From the IMG/VR virus record IMGVR_UViG_3300008113_011532: a stretch of DNA of 64,000 nucleotides. One strand, written 5' to 3'. Each line of letters opens with the position of its first letter. The stretch's first letter is position 1. Positions 10,024 through 20,131 of this stretch are shown here, piece by piece. The notes beneath the pieces were generated by a model. That model saw only the letters and a list, made by a program, of their open reading frames with translations. It made no database searches and was not told where the DNA came from. A program made the position numbers and the translations under genes. Source of the DNA: an uncultured virus (IMG/VR IMGVR_UViG_3300008113_011532) (taxonomy: Duplodnaviria; Heunggongvirae; Uroviricota; Caudoviricetes).

Positions 10024-10566
10024 ATGAGAAAGCCTATAATAGTAAACCTCTTCGGTGGACCGTCGAGCGGAAAGAGCACAACCGCGGCCGGGATTTTCCA
10101 CAAACTCAAGATGCAGGGCATCAACTGCGAGATAGTCACCGAGTTCGCAAAGCACATGACCTGGAAGGAAGACTTCAACACGCTGAAGAACCAGGTATAC
10201 GTCCACGCCAAGCAGCACGACAGGATGTTCCACCTCGTCGACAAGGTAGACGTGATCATCACGGACAGCCCCACAATAATGGGCCTGATATACTGCGACT
10301 GGAACGTCTTCCCGAAGTCCTTCGAGAAGCTCGTCGTAGACCTGTTCAACACCCAAGGCGAGAACATGAACTACCTTCTCAGAAGGGCCAATCCATACCA
10401 GACCGCCGGTAGAAGCCAGACCGAGGATGAGGCCATAGAGAAGGACTGGCAGATAGTGGACCTCATCTCGAGACACGGAATAGAGTGCTGCATGGTACAG
10501 GGCGACGAATCCGCCGTAGACCGAATACTCTCACAAATCAATGAGAGACTGGAAGATAGGAGATAG
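10024..10566 (+). CDS. P-loop nucleotide kinase-like protein (NadR/Ttd14 AAA_28 type)
   Basis: GGPSSGKST Walker A; VIITDSP; GRSQTEDEA. Confidence 0.8.
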   Translation: MRKPIIVNLFGGPSSGKSTTAAGIFHKLKMQGINCEIVTEFAKHMTWKEDFNTLKNQVYVHAKQHDRMFHLVDKVDVIITDSPTIMGLIYCDWNVFPKSFEKLVVDLFNTQGENMNYLLRRANPYQTAGRSQTEDEAIEKDWQIVDLISRHGIECCMVQGDESAVDRILSQINERLEDRR

Positions 10567-10648
10567 GCACTTACAAAAACAGGTAAATTTACTTGTTTTT
10601 TCACGTGCCTTGCACGTGTTTTCTCACGTAATAGACCTATATTAGCGT

Positions 10649-11368
10649 ATGATACTTTTCGGAAGCCACATCATCAAGCAGGAGTACGACGACTTCAGGT
10701 CGCCGAACGACCGCGACTGGTACACCACGGATCCAGCCGAGGCACTACCGAAGTCCACGCCACAGGACGAGTACTACCTGATTGAGTGCATGCCGAACAG
10801 AACGCCAACAATGAGCGAGATGCTTACGCTGAAGACCTCGCACGCCATCTACGACATAAAGTGGCAGAAGACGATGTCCGACATCAGGTTCCTGCAGATA
10901 AAGGGCCGAGTCGTGATACCCGAACTACATGCAGAGCTCAGGATTTTCTGGGAAAAGGTACACGGGAAGCAGCACAGAACCAACTTCGACGTCGAGCCAG
11001 GAAAGTTCTTCGAGGATCGCGTGAAGAGGAAGACAGACCACGACGAGCTACACAGGCTCATAAACCCAACACCGATCTACCTGAAAATGATAAGAGACGG
11101 AGTAACGCCGGACGAGGAACTCTACAGGGCGATGCCGTACGCCGACCAGGTCGAGGCACTATTCGAGGAGGCGTTCGTGCTGGCGATAGAGAGGTTCAGC
11201 CACCTGCCGGACATGGCCGCTTACAACAAGGCACAGAACCTTCTCGTTACCGCGCTCCACCCGGTATGGCTCGCGGACATGGTGATAGGGCTTTGGAACT
11301 CGCACTACTGGACGCCGACGAAGTCAAAGCACTTCGAACAATACAGAAAGATAAAAAACAAAAAATAG
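10649..11368 (+). CDS. Phage protein with pol-beta-like nucleotidyltransferase signature
   Basis: LFGS...PNDRDW (GS plus DxD); DHDELH; FEEAFVLAIER. Confidence 0.6.
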   Translation: MILFGSHIIKQEYDDFRSPNDRDWYTTDPAEALPKSTPQDEYYLIECMPNRTPTMSEMLTLKTSHAIYDIKWQKTMSDIRFLQIKGRVVIPELHAELRIFWEKVHGKQHRTNFDVEPGKFFEDRVKRKTDHDELHRLINPTPIYLKMIRDGVTPDEELYRAMPYADQVEALFEEAFVLAIERFSHLPDMAAYNKAQNLLVTALHPVWLADMVIGLWNSHYWTPTKSKHFEQYRKIKNKK

Positions 11369-11371
11369 AAC

Positions 11372-11740
11372 ATGACAAAGGAACAACTGATTGAGAAGAC
11401 GGTCGACAACGACCACGACTTCTTCTGGGACATCTACTGCGACTGCCCCGAAGATTTGAAGATGGAGGTCGTCTACGAGCAGAGCTACGGAGACGGAAAC
11501 GAGTACGTAATAGCAATGGAATTCCCCGAACACGACATCTTCGTGCAGTTAGAAGGGACATACTCGTCTTGGGACTCGCCATACTGGAGCAGAGTCGTAC
11601 TGGCAATGCCATACGAGTTCAAGGAGACGCGCTACAAAGAGGCGGACAAGCAGTACCTGAGGGAAAAGAGTCTGAACGAGGTGCTGGGCGACTTCATACC
11701 CGGCTTCGACGATAACACCGACAAACCAGCGGACGAATGA
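11372..11740 (+). CDS. Hypothetical protein with near-C-terminal tag
   Basis: GTYSSWD; LREKSLNEVLG. Confidence 0.75.
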   Translation: MTKEQLIEKTVDNDHDFFWDIYCDCPEDLKMEVVYEQSYGDGNEYVIAMEFPEHDIFVQLEGTYSSWDSPYWSRVVLAMPYEFKETRYKEADKQYLREKSLNEVLGDFIPGFDDNTDKPADE

Positions 11741-11967
11741 GGCTCTACCCGAAGAAGGACCACTGGCTGAACATACCTGGCCAGAAGAAGGTGAAGCTGC
11801 TTACGAAAGGTAAGCCTTACGAGGCGGTAGTGTGGGATATGCACGGAGTGATAGAGGTCGTCATGATTACGAACGACCAAGGAATAGAGCAGACGTTCTA
11901 CAACAAATCCGACTTTTTGAAGTCGGATTCGATGAGGTGCCAAAGGCTAAAGCAGCTCGGCATCTAA
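11737..11967 (+). CDS. C-tagged small protein (LTxGKxY family)
   Basis: LTKGKPYEA...ITNDQG...MRCQRLKQLGI*. Confidence 0.75.
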   Translation: MRLYPKKDHWLNIPGQKKVKLLTKGKPYEAVVWDMHGVIEVVMITNDQGIEQTFYNKSDFLKSDSMRCQRLKQLGI

Positions 11968-12914
11968 TAGAAGTAACGGATAGAATTCATCACGTCCTCG
12001 TTCTCGAGAACCTGCTTTCTGACCAAAGACTTGATGTAATCGGCGGTACTCGGCCTAGAGTCCGCCATATCCTTCCTGTCCTCGTCGTGTATCTTCACCT
12101 GAACACGTACGTGCTTGCCGACTATGAATTCGCACTCGTACGCAGCAGCCGCGGATGTGCCGGCCATCATGACCTCGCTTATCGGCGCGGCCCACTGCAA
12201 CTTACCATAAGTCTCACTCTGCTCGAACTTCGGTGGATGTGTCCCGGTACCCAGCGACAACACCTCAATATCCGACGCCTTCACACCGTAGGTCTTAATG
12301 GCATCGGCAACCGCCGCCATAGAAGGGTTGTTCACGTATACGCCACCATCGACACACACCCTGTCCTTGCCACCGAAATCCATTTTGTAGGATCTCAAAT
12401 ACGTAGGCGCGGCGGATGTCGCACGACAGACCTTTCGAAGAAGTGCGTCGTATCCTTCCTCGTTAGACTTACGCGATTTGAACATCACCACCTCGTGGTT
12501 CTTTATGTCGTAAGAAGTCACTATACCCGGCTTCAGAAGATCCGACAACTTTAGTTCACCGAAATACTCGGTCAGATTTTTGTCAAGCCCACTCGGCGAA
12601 AACTTAGGCCGAATCCAGTTCCAAGCCCATCTCACCGATCGTGTTATGAAGTTGCCGTGCGGAAAAATATCGTCTGCCTTCGACGTATACAGGTTCATCA
12701 GCATTTCGACCGTAAGATTTGGCGATTTTCCGTCGGACGATCCTAAGAGGCCACATACTATGATGCCTCCGGTTGAAGTACCAACTACCATATCGAACAT
12801 CTCGTGTATTCTCTTTCCAGTCTCAACCTCTATCTGTCTGAGAACCATAAGCGGAACGATACCCCTCAGGCCACCACCGTCTATCGATAGTATCCTGAAC
12901 TTCTTCTTAGCCAT
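11964..12914 (-). CDS. Patatin-like phospholipase
   Basis: ILSIDGGGLRG, GTSTG nucleophile elbow, SAAPTY, DGG. Confidence 0.92.
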   Translation of the reverse strand: MAKKKFRILSIDGGGLRGIVPLMVLRQIEVETGKRIHEMFDMVVGTSTGGIIVCGLLGSSDGKSPNLTVEMLMNLYTSKADDIFPHGNFITRSVRWAWNWIRPKFSPSGLDKNLTEYFGELKLSDLLKPGIVTSYDIKNHEVVMFKSRKSNEEGYDALLRKVCRATSAAPTYLRSYKMDFGGKDRVCVDGGVYVNNPSMAAVADAIKTYGVKASDIEVLSLGTGTHPPKFEQSETYGKLQWAAPISEVMMAGTSAAAAYECEFIVGKHVRVQVKIHDEDRKDMADSRPSTADYIKSLVRKQVLENEDVMNSIRYFY

Positions 12915-13023
12915 TAGACTCGTACTTTTTTATTAACTCCTGGTTCTTAGCGATAACCCTAAGCTTCTTACACAGGTTACCCCTGTTCTTCTTAGGTTTT
13001 CCCTCTTTTCTAGCCTTTGCCAT
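12907..13023 (-). CDS. 38-aa basic peptide
   Basis: MAKARKEGKPKKNRGNLCKKLRVIAKNQELIKKYESNG*; follows TATATATA at 13037-13044; overlaps the patatin start. Confidence 0.5.
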   Translation of the reverse strand: MAKARKEGKPKKNRGNLCKKLRVIAKNQELIKKYESNG

Positions 13024-13139
13024 ACTGTTTTATTTTTATATATAAACTACGGAAAAGCAAAAAATAAACGACGGGGTGCTGTAGAGATAAAGTGAAGCGT
13101 CTTCGCCGAGATGGAAAAATTCAAAAAACAAAGATAGAG

Positions 13140-13469
13140 ATGAGAGAAAAGAACATCAAAAACTCGGACATCGCCGTTACATACTGCGCGATGAACCAGT
13201 ACACGGAAAACCCGTCGGATATAAAACTTCCGATATTCATACACTCCGAGATAACCGACGCACAGACCAAAGCCATCGCACCAAACTTCAGGTCGCCAAA
13301 CGCCGAGGACGGATACGTTTACAGGATAACCGTATCAGGCGCAACATACGAAGAGATAAGCCCGAAACTAAGCATACTGGTCTCAGGTGAAATTTCAATA
13401 CAGGAAATAGTGCAAGTCACCAGGAACGAAGACGGTACCCCACAGAGGGTGGCGAGGACCAGCATCTAG
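13140..13469 (+). CDS. Hypothetical protein
   Basis: 109-aa ORF with coding-like codon usage. Confidence 0.6.
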   Translation: MREKNIKNSDIAVTYCAMNQYTENPSDIKLPIFIHSEITDAQTKAIAPNFRSPNAEDGYVYRITVSGATYEEISPKLSILVSGEISIQEIVQVTRNEDGTPQRVARTSI

Positions 13470-14428
13470 TACCGGTTGAAGAAGTCCCTCTCCACGTCGA
13501 AGGTTGACTGTACGCCCAACTTCTTGAAATCAGACTGAAGCCATTTGTCGGCAGTCCTCCGCCCAGCGTTCTTCAACTTGTGGAGGAAGTTAAGGTCGGT
13601 GCTCATCTTCGTGCTGTAGTTCAGCTTACCTAGCGTCTCGTAGCCCGATATGAGGTGAACGAATATCTCCTTGCTACCATACTTACCGAGATCGAGACCC
13701 TGCCTTATAAGCTCGTTCCTGAGCTGTATTATCTTCATCTCGTTCATAAGCGACGAGTTGAAGCATATCTCGGTCACCCTGTCATTTATGTCCTTAGCGT
13801 TCGTCGGAAGGTAGTTTATGTTGATAGAGTTTAGCTTTACAAGTATCAAATCAGTCAGCCTCTTGTCCATAGCCAGCGGCGAAAGCGGAGGGTTTCCCAT
13901 ATAACCGCCATCCCAGTAGTAGTCATCTCCGATTCTTACGGCCTGGAACATAGTCGGCAGAGCGGTGGATGCCATCACCGAATCCAGCGTTATCTCATCC
14001 CTGGAAAAAAGCTTGCCCTGATTCGTCTTGACATTGGTCGCGTAGATGTGAAGGTCCATCCCACATTCCCTTAGAACTTCAAAGTCGACTATATCAGAAA
14101 CGATCGATCTCAATGGATTGTAGTTCAAAGGATTGAACTGGTATGGAGAAACTACCTGCGTGAAGTACTCAACGAACGGGTAGCTCATCTTGAAACCGTA
14201 CCTCGAAACGTCGGTCCAGAACTTCTCGAGTAGCTCTCGCGCCTTGAGCCTGCCACCAACGTGAAGGCCATACGCCATCACAACCGCGTTTATGGCGCCG
14301 GCAGAAGTGCCGCAAACCGAAAGCACGTTCAGATCCTCCTGCTTTAGCTCAAGCAGTCGGTCGAGAACGCCCCACGTGAAAGCTCCGTGAGAACCACCAC
14401 CCTGAAGAGCCAATCCAACGTTTTTCAT
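13466..14428 (-). CDS. Patatin-like esterase/phospholipase (second type)
   Basis: LALQGGGSHGAFTWGVLDRLL, GTSAG, YWDGGYMGNP. Confidence 0.92.
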   Translation of the reverse strand: MKNVGLALQGGGSHGAFTWGVLDRLLELKQEDLNVLSVCGTSAGAINAVVMAYGLHVGGRLKARELLEKFWTDVSRYGFKMSYPFVEYFTQVVSPYQFNPLNYNPLRSIVSDIVDFEVLRECGMDLHIYATNVKTNQGKLFSRDEITLDSVMASTALPTMFQAVRIGDDYYWDGGYMGNPPLSPLAMDKRLTDLILVKLNSININYLPTNAKDINDRVTEICFNSSLMNEMKIIQLRNELIRQGLDLGKYGSKEIFVHLISGYETLGKLNYSTKMSTDLNFLHKLKNAGRRTADKWLQSDFKKLGVQSTFDVERDFFNRY

Positions 14429-14431
14429 AAA

Positions 14432-16849
14432 TCAAACATTCTTTTCATCTAAAACAGAGTCGCCACTGAGTGCACGCAGCGTCTTCAGCAGAGAATCCGG
14501 TGTTACCGATATGCTATCGATGCCCTCGGAAACCAGGAACTCGGCGAAGTCCGGAAAGTCGCTAGGACCCTGGCCACAAATGCCGACCTTCACGCCCTTC
14601 TGCTTACCGACCCTAATGAGGTGAGAAATCGCTCTCTTGACAGCAAGGTTACGCTCGTCGTAGATGTGCGCGACCAACGCCGAGTCTCTGTCGAGACCAA
14701 GAGTCAACTGTGTCAGGTCGTTCGACCCGATAGAGAATCCGTCGATGTGATCTGCGAACTCCTCGGCCAAGAATATGTTGGACGGAAGCTCGGCCATCAG
14801 GTAGACCTCGAGACCGTTCTCGCCCCTCTTGAGCCCGTACTCCTCCATCACCGCATAAACCTTCAACAACTCGTCAACCGTACGACAGAAAGGTATCATA
14901 ACAACAACGTTGGAAAGACCCATCTTCTCTCGAACCCTCCTTATCGCCTTTAGCTCCATTGCGAACGCCTCCTTGTACTCCTCAGAGTAGTATCGGCTCG
15001 CTCCCCTCCAGCCAATCATAGGATTCTCCTCGCTCGGCTCGAAGTGGCAACCACCCAGGAGGTTATAGTACTCGTTAGACTTAAAGTCGGAAAGCCTGAC
15101 GATGACCTTGTTAGGGTAGAACGATGACGCGATCCTCGCTATGCCGTAGCTGAGCCTCTTCACGAAGAAAGTCTCCTCGTCCGGGTAGCCAGCAGTGATC
15201 TTCTCTATCTCGGCACTAAGCTCAGCATCACCAATCTCGCGGTGCCTGAGCAGAGCAAGAGGGTGGACCTTGATGTAGTTGTTTATGATGAACTCCTCCC
15301 TGGCCAGACCGACGCCGGAGTTCGGAAGATGAGAGAACTTGAAGGCTATGTCCGGACTGGCGACGTTAAGCATAATAGGCGTCGAGACCTTAGGTAGGTC
15401 ATCGAGCGACGTCTCCATCTTCGTGTTCGGAACCGCGCCCTCGTAGACGAAGCCAGTGTCGCCCTCCGCACAGGATATGGTGACGAGCTGACCCTCCTTC
15501 AGAAGATCCGTAGCGTTACGACAGCCGACAATCGCAGGAAGACCCATCTCACGAGCGACTATGGCGGCGTGGCAGGTACGTCCACCTTTGTTGGTAACGA
15601 TGGCGGACGCCTTCTTCATTATCGGCTCCCAGTCAGGATCCGTCATGTCGGTAACGAGCACCGAACCCTCTACGAACGAGGCCATATCAACATTACCATC
15701 AAGCGAGTTCATAACGGTCACCTCGCCGACCGCACAACCGTCACCGACCGCAATGCCCCTTACCAAAGGAGTCCTTCCCTCCGACTCCACGGCGTACTCA
15801 ACAAGCGACCTTCCACTCCTCTGAGAGTGTATCGTCTCTGGCCTGGCCTGAACTATACTGAGCTCACCCGTGATGCCGTCAATCGCCCACTCGACGTCCA
15901 TAGGACACCACCTGCCCTTCTCCTTACTATAGTACTTCTCTATCGAAGAGACCCACCTCGCTATCTCCAAAGCCTGCGCGTCGGTGATGCAGAAGCTCCT
16001 AACATCCTCCTCGGAAACGTTGACAATCTTAGTAAGCTTTCCGTGGTCCTCGCCGTACACCATCTTCTTGTCCTTGTGTCCCATCTTCTTGTCTATGATA
16101 GAGCTGTAACCCTTCTCGAGGGAAGGCCTGAAGACGATGAACTCGTCCGGCGAAACCGCGCCCTGAACGACCATCTCGCCGAGTCCGTAAGAACCATTGA
16201 TTACAACGACATCCTTGAATCCACTCTCCGGATCGAGAGAGAACGCAACGCCGGATGCCGCCTTGTCTGACCGGACCATCTTCTGAATACAAACGGAAAG
16301 ACCGACCAGGAAGTGGTCGTAGCCGAAGTTGTTCCTGTATGAAATCGCGCGATCCGTAAAAAGAGAAGCGAAGCAGTTCCTGACCGCCTCGAGTATCGAC
16401 TCGGAACCCCTCACGTTGAGGTATGTCTCCTGCTGGCCAGCAAAGCTAGCGTCAGGAAGGTCCTCCGCAGTGGCAGAACTCCTGACCGCCACGTCGACCA
16501 TGTCGACTCCATACTCATCGGACAGAGACTTGTACCTCACACCTATCTCACACCTCAGTTCCTCCGGGAACTCGCCGTTCCTTATGAGCTGCCTGACCTC
16601 TAGGCCCACCTGCTTGAGCTGTGCCACGTCGCCTTCCACGAGGCCGGAGACAAGCCCGCGTATCTTCTCGTCGAGAGAGTTGTACTTTATGAAGTCGTGA
16701 TAGGCGTCGGTCGTCACCGCGAATCCCGAAGGGACTCGTATGCCGAGCTCCTCGAGATTGGAAATCATCTCTCCGAGCGACGCGTTCTTGCCGCCCACTA
16801 AAGATATGTCGCCGAGCGACACGCTGCCTAGGTCAATAATGTACTTCAT
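14432..16849 (-). CDS. ppsA: Phosphoenolpyruvate synthase
   Basis: VGGKNASLGEM, VAVRSSATAEDLPDASFAGQQETYLN, GGRTCHAAIVARE phospho-His motif, EENPMIGWRG, SIGSNDLTQL. Confidence 0.97.
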   Translation of the reverse strand: MKYIIDLGSVSLGDISLVGGKNASLGEMISNLEELGIRVPSGFAVTTDAYHDFIKYNSLDEKIRGLVSGLVEGDVAQLKQVGLEVRQLIRNGEFPEELRCEIGVRYKSLSDEYGVDMVDVAVRSSATAEDLPDASFAGQQETYLNVRGSESILEAVRNCFASLFTDRAISYRNNFGYDHFLVGLSVCIQKMVRSDKAASGVAFSLDPESGFKDVVVINGSYGLGEMVVQGAVSPDEFIVFRPSLEKGYSSIIDKKMGHKDKKMVYGEDHGKLTKIVNVSEEDVRSFCITDAQALEIARWVSSIEKYYSKEKGRWCPMDVEWAIDGITGELSIVQARPETIHSQRSGRSLVEYAVESEGRTPLVRGIAVGDGCAVGEVTVMNSLDGNVDMASFVEGSVLVTDMTDPDWEPIMKKASAIVTNKGGRTCHAAIVAREMGLPAIVGCRNATDLLKEGQLVTISCAEGDTGFVYEGAVPNTKMETSLDDLPKVSTPIMLNVASPDIAFKFSHLPNSGVGLAREEFIINNYIKVHPLALLRHREIGDAELSAEIEKITAGYPDEETFFVKRLSYGIARIASSFYPNKVIVRLSDFKSNEYYNLLGGCHFEPSEENPMIGWRGASRYYSEEYKEAFAMELKAIRRVREKMGLSNVVVMIPFCRTVDELLKVYAVMEEYGLKRGENGLEVYLMAELPSNIFLAEEFADHIDGFSIGSNDLTQLTLGLDRDSALVAHIYDERNLAVKRAISHLIRVGKQKGVKVGICGQGPSDFPDFAEFLVSEGIDSISVTPDSLLKTLRALSGDSVLDEKNV

Positions 16850-16905
16850 AAGGGAATGGTGTGTTTTTTTCTAAGTTATATATCACACCACGTCCTTTCC
16901 TGCCG

Positions 16906-17412
16906 CTAGTTCGAGTAGTTTACGTAGATAGAGATGAGGCCAATCGAGATCAGGTTCTCTATGTCACCGCCGCGATCGTCCTTTATGTCGAGGTGCCTGT
17001 TAACGAAGTCGTCCTGGTCACCGGACTCGCCGCAGTCGTTGCACTCGTAGGACGCCCTGCCGCGTTCGTATTTGTAGTCGGTGCTGAAGTCGATGCTGCC
17101 GCAAGAAGGGCACATCTCCTCCTCCTGAACGAGCTCGACGTAGGACGCGTCGACCCCGTCGGTTATAACGTGGTATCCGCGGTCCTCGCAGAACGGCTCC
17201 ATCCTTGCGAAGGCCGAAAGAAGAGCCTCGCGCTCCTTCTCGTCGAAACCGTACATAGTGTCCTTCGCGACGATGCTGAGGTAGATCCTGTTGTCGACGA
17301 CGTCTATTCCAAACTCGCCCTCCAGGTCCGTGAAATCGCTAAAAATCATCCTTATCTCGGACTTTACAGACTCGGAACCGGAGTGGTCCTCGAACAGCTT
17401 TATGTACCTCAT
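16906..17412 (-). CDS. N-tagged protein with zinc ribbon
   Basis: MRYIKLFEDH; IRMIFSDFTD; CPSC...CNDC. Confidence 0.75.
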   Translation of the reverse strand: MRYIKLFEDHSGSESVKSEIRMIFSDFTDLEGEFGIDVVDNRIYLSIVAKDTMYGFDEKEREALLSAFARMEPFCEDRGYHVITDGVDASYVELVQEEEMCPSCGSIDFSTDYKYERGRASYECNDCGESGDQDDFVNRHLDIKDDRGGDIENLISIGLISIYVNYSN

Positions 17413-17458
17413 AACAAATATCGTCGTTTTCACTATATATAAAACAAATCAAACCGAA

Positions 17459-18664
17459 ATGATGAGAACACTAGAACTCTTCGCCGGCGTCGGCGGATTC
17501 AGGCTCGGGCTCGAGAAGGCAGGCCACAAGGTAGTATGGTCCAACCAGTGGGAGCCAGGAACATCCAAGCAGTGGGCGTCGCGCGTCTACGAGGCAAGGT
17601 TCGGCACCGAAGGCCACACAAACGAGGACATCGGCGAGGTCAGGACAGAGGACATACCCGACGCGGACCTGCTGGTGGGCGGCTTCCCGTGCCAGGACTA
17701 CTCAGTGGCGAGCACCTCGAGGAACTCGAAAGGCCTCGTCGGCAAGAAGGGCGTCCTTTGGTGGCAGATACACAGGATACTCGAGCAGAAAGGCGAAGCC
17801 AGGCCGAGCTACCTCCTACTAGAGAACGTTGACCGTCTGCTGAAGTCTCCTACCAAGCAAAGGGGAAGAGACTTCGCGGTGATACTGAAAAGCCTCGAGG
17901 AGCTCGGCTACGACGTCGAGTGGAGGGTCATAAACGCAGCGGACTACGGGATGCCGCAGAAGAGGAAACGCGTCTTCATACTCGGCTACCTGAAGGGAAG
18001 CAACATACAAAGAAGAGTCGAGCAGATGGGATCTGAGGAGTGGCTCGGGCAAGGAACGATGGCGAGCTCGTTCGAGGCCGACCTAAGTGATACGAAGACG
18101 TTCACCATCGAGGGCAGCCTTACGGACGTCACCAACGACTTCTCAGGCGAGTTCCTAACGTCAGGTATACTCACAGGCGGAAAGGTCACCACGGCTAAGA
18201 ACGCCGCCGTCTACGAAGGAAAGAGGACACTGCTGAGGGACATAATGGTGCAGGACGCGGAGGAGCGCTTCTACATACAGGACACGAGCAAATGGGAGCA
18301 CTACAAGAGCGGAAAGAAAGAACCGAGGACCACGAAGGAAGGGCACCAGTACATCTACTCGGAAGGGCCGCTTGCCTTCCCTGATCCGACCGACAGGCCA
18401 GCCAGGACGATACTCACGTCGGAAGGTGGAACGTCTGCGTCGAGGACCAAGCACGCGGGGAGGGACGAGAAGGGCATACGTAGGCTGACGCCGGTCGAGA
18501 TGGAGAGGGCGAACATGTTCCCGGACGACCACACCCTCATCGAGGGAATACCGGACGCGAAAAGGGGCTTCCTGATGGGCAACGCGCTCGTTGTAGGTTT
18601 AGTGGAGAGAATAGGCGAGGCGTTGATGGAACTCGACAGAGTGCCGGTCGGCGAGGAGTTTTAA
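17459..18664 (+). CDS. Orphan DNA (cytosine-5)-methyltransferase, Sau3AI-like
   Basis: ELFAGVGG, WSNQWEP, GGFPCQDYS, LLENV, QKRKRVF, MGNALV. Confidence 0.92.
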   Translation: MMRTLELFAGVGGFRLGLEKAGHKVVWSNQWEPGTSKQWASRVYEARFGTEGHTNEDIGEVRTEDIPDADLLVGGFPCQDYSVASTSRNSKGLVGKKGVLWWQIHRILEQKGEARPSYLLLENVDRLLKSPTKQRGRDFAVILKSLEELGYDVEWRVINAADYGMPQKRKRVFILGYLKGSNIQRRVEQMGSEEWLGQGTMASSFEADLSDTKTFTIEGSLTDVTNDFSGEFLTSGILTGGKVTTAKNAAVYEGKRTLLRDIMVQDAEERFYIQDTSKWEHYKSGKKEPRTTKEGHQYIYSEGPLAFPDPTDRPARTILTSEGGTSASRTKHAGRDEKGIRRLTPVEMERANMFPDDHTLIEGIPDAKRGFLMGNALVVGLVERIGEALMELDRVPVGEEF

Positions 18665-18689
18665 TATCTCTACTTTTATATATACCCTG

Positions 18690-20087
18690 ATGAGGATCAA
18701 GAAGACATACCACGCCTTCCTAATGAAGGAGGCGAAAATCAGCGTTACCGACGAGCTCGGCCAGGTCCTCGACATAATATCGACAGACACACCTACGGGC
18801 GAAACGAACTGGGCAGACCGAATGAAGTCGCTCATCGGTAACGAGGTAGAGACCAACATAAACTACCTGGACACCAGCGACAACCCAGACATGGTGAAGT
18901 GGAGGGCCGACGACAAGGCGAGCAAGACATACCTGGTATGGATGCCACAGAGGTACTACAAGGCCGCGACGACTGCGGTTGGCGGAAGGGTTCCGGAAGG
19001 CGAAACGACCGGAAGGCTCCTGAGGAGGCTGTCGATACAGGAGGCAGCAAGGCTGCTGAAAGGAGACATAAATGCGCTTCAACAGGCGCAGTACGAGTAC
19101 CAGGAAGGCCACCACATACTGCACCTCGCGTTCAAGGACCGAAAGGGTAGGTCTGAGTGCTTCATATCAGAGAAGTGGTGCAAGAAGTCGCCTTACAGGG
19201 CGACGCCGCAGGAGTTCAGGATGGGCAAGCTTTTCCAGTCGCTTATGACAGCCGCGGGCGAGAAGCCGACGGACGGCGAGGTCGAGAAGTTCCACACCGA
19301 GTACGTCAACGCGGTCAAGAAGCTGAAGAAGATGGACCTGGACAGGTTCGAGATAGTCGAAGGCGAGGAGATAAGGAATTACTACCTCGAGACCTCGTAC
19401 GACGGGCAGAAGCACACGCTGGGAACCAGCTGCATGAGACACACAAGGTGCCAGCCGTACTTCGACATATACACGCAGAACCCTAATCAGATAAAGCTAC
19501 TCATACTCAAATCAAAGGAGGATCCGAACAAGATAAGCGGAAGGGCACTGCTCTGGTACGGGCTGAACGCAAGGCCAGGCGACGACTTCGAATACAAATG
19601 GGGAATGAAAGAATGGCCAACGAAGGCGAACTTCATGGACAGGATATTCGTGTCTAACTCGAAGGACGAGAGGCTATTCAAGGAGTGGGCGATAAGCAAC
19701 AAATTCCTGTTCAAGAAGAACCAGGACCACCTGCCTCAGCCAATCTCCAGGGACATGAAATCAAGCGAGATCATGACATTCTGGATCGAGCTAAAATCGG
19801 GCACGCCCAAAAGCGGCCTGTTCCCGTACATAGACACGATGAAACACTACCAACCAGAGAAAGGAGTCCTGACCAACATAGACCAAGACTGGGGAGACTT
19901 CGACTGGTGGGAGCTGCAGGAGACGAACGGCGGAAACGGCCAGTGCCCGGAGTGCGGCGGGACTGGACAGGCGGAATGCCCCGAGTGCACGGGCGACGGA
20001 ACCATACAGGACGTCGAAGGAGTGGAGTGCGAGTGCAGCCTGTGCGCAGGATCGGGTGGCGTAGCGTGCACCAGGTGCGGAGGCTAA
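18690..20087 (+). CDS. N-tagged protein, SCMR/GRALLW/MDRI/PYxDT family, with DnaJ-type Zn finger
   Basis: Listed motifs plus terminal CxxCxGxG repeats; paralog of 21390..22667. Confidence 0.85.
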   Translation: MRIKKTYHAFLMKEAKISVTDELGQVLDIISTDTPTGETNWADRMKSLIGNEVETNINYLDTSDNPDMVKWRADDKASKTYLVWMPQRYYKAATTAVGGRVPEGETTGRLLRRLSIQEAARLLKGDINALQQAQYEYQEGHHILHLAFKDRKGRSECFISEKWCKKSPYRATPQEFRMGKLFQSLMTAAGEKPTDGEVEKFHTEYVNAVKKLKKMDLDRFEIVEGEEIRNYYLETSYDGQKHTLGTSCMRHTRCQPYFDIYTQNPNQIKLLILKSKEDPNKISGRALLWYGLNARPGDDFEYKWGMKEWPTKANFMDRIFVSNSKDERLFKEWAISNKFLFKKNQDHLPQPISRDMKSSEIMTFWIELKSGTPKSGLFPYIDTMKHYQPEKGVLTNIDQDWGDFDWWELQETNGGNGQCPECGGTGQAECPECTGDGTIQDVEGVECECSLCAGSGGVACTRCGG

Positions 20088-20131
20088 ACAACCAATAAAG
20101 GAAACACTATAATCAACAAAGAATTAGTTCA

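Noticed and set aside
10568..10630. CACGTG repeats and hairpins after the kinase gene
   Set aside because: Explained by a terminator-like hairpin plus a short palindrome; no recurrence noticed elsewhere.
11964..12914. CBASS system (CapV-like patatin effector)
   Set aside because: No CD-NTase or Cap2/Cap3 gene is adjacent. The GS/DxD protein at 10649 is on the opposite strand and looks like a common phage family.
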